Source: Antedon mediterranea (lineage: Eukaryota > Animalia > Echinodermata). From it: a DNA stretch of 64,000 nt. The stretch lies in contig NC_092672.1 of assembly GCF_964355755.1 (NCBI RefSeq), forward strand, positions 28,712,437-28,776,436. Reading direction: 5' to 3'. Below, one piece after another: positions 63,868 to 64,000 of this stretch (positions are counted from its first letter, which is position 1; every line of letters starts with the position of its first letter). A program made the translations under genes and the position numbers. The notes under the pieces were generated by a model. That model had not been told where the DNA came from, did no database searches, and worked only from the letters and a program-made list of their open reading frames with translations.

Positions 63868-64000
63868 ATCTTCAGATTGGTAATATAAATCGTGCTTGAC
63901 ATAAGGCCTATTGTAGAAGTTGACAAAGTTCACCATCGGGGGATAATACTTTGTGCATTTCCGTAATACATATACAGGTACCTTGTAAAGTGAACAAGAA

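Overview
AT-rich, intron-rich eukaryotic DNA from an invertebrate animal. An echinoderm-like marine deuterostome is suggested by the repeat content and frequent TAGGCCTA, but this is inference. The window holds a head-to-tail tandem array of fibrocystin-L (PKHD1L1-like) genes on the + strand: the last four exons of one copy (2175-4146), one apparently complete ~46 kb gene (9328-55679) and the first exon of a probable third copy (63298-63352). When spliced by hand, the complete gene reads signal peptide - IPT/TIG repeats - PA14 - TIGs - cupredoxin-like - TIGs - G8/PbH1 x2 - SEA-like (furin RRRR) - Ig-like - SEA (G^SIII) - TM. It then continues in frame into a ~230 aa cytoplasmic tail with a predicted beta-grasp (ubiquitin-like) domain and a C-terminal MYND-type zinc finger, an architecture unlike vertebrate PKHD1L1/PKHD1. 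Other notable signals: RFX X-box-like motifs conserved in intron 1 of two paralogs, an inverted pseudogenised MYND exon, a minimal hammerhead ribozyme, a gypsy element with a -1 frameshift pseudoknot, Helitron/Helentron elements, MITEs, SINEs, LINE remnants and a ~5.8 kb inverted-repeat/minisatellite structure. All calls were made by eye, without database searches.
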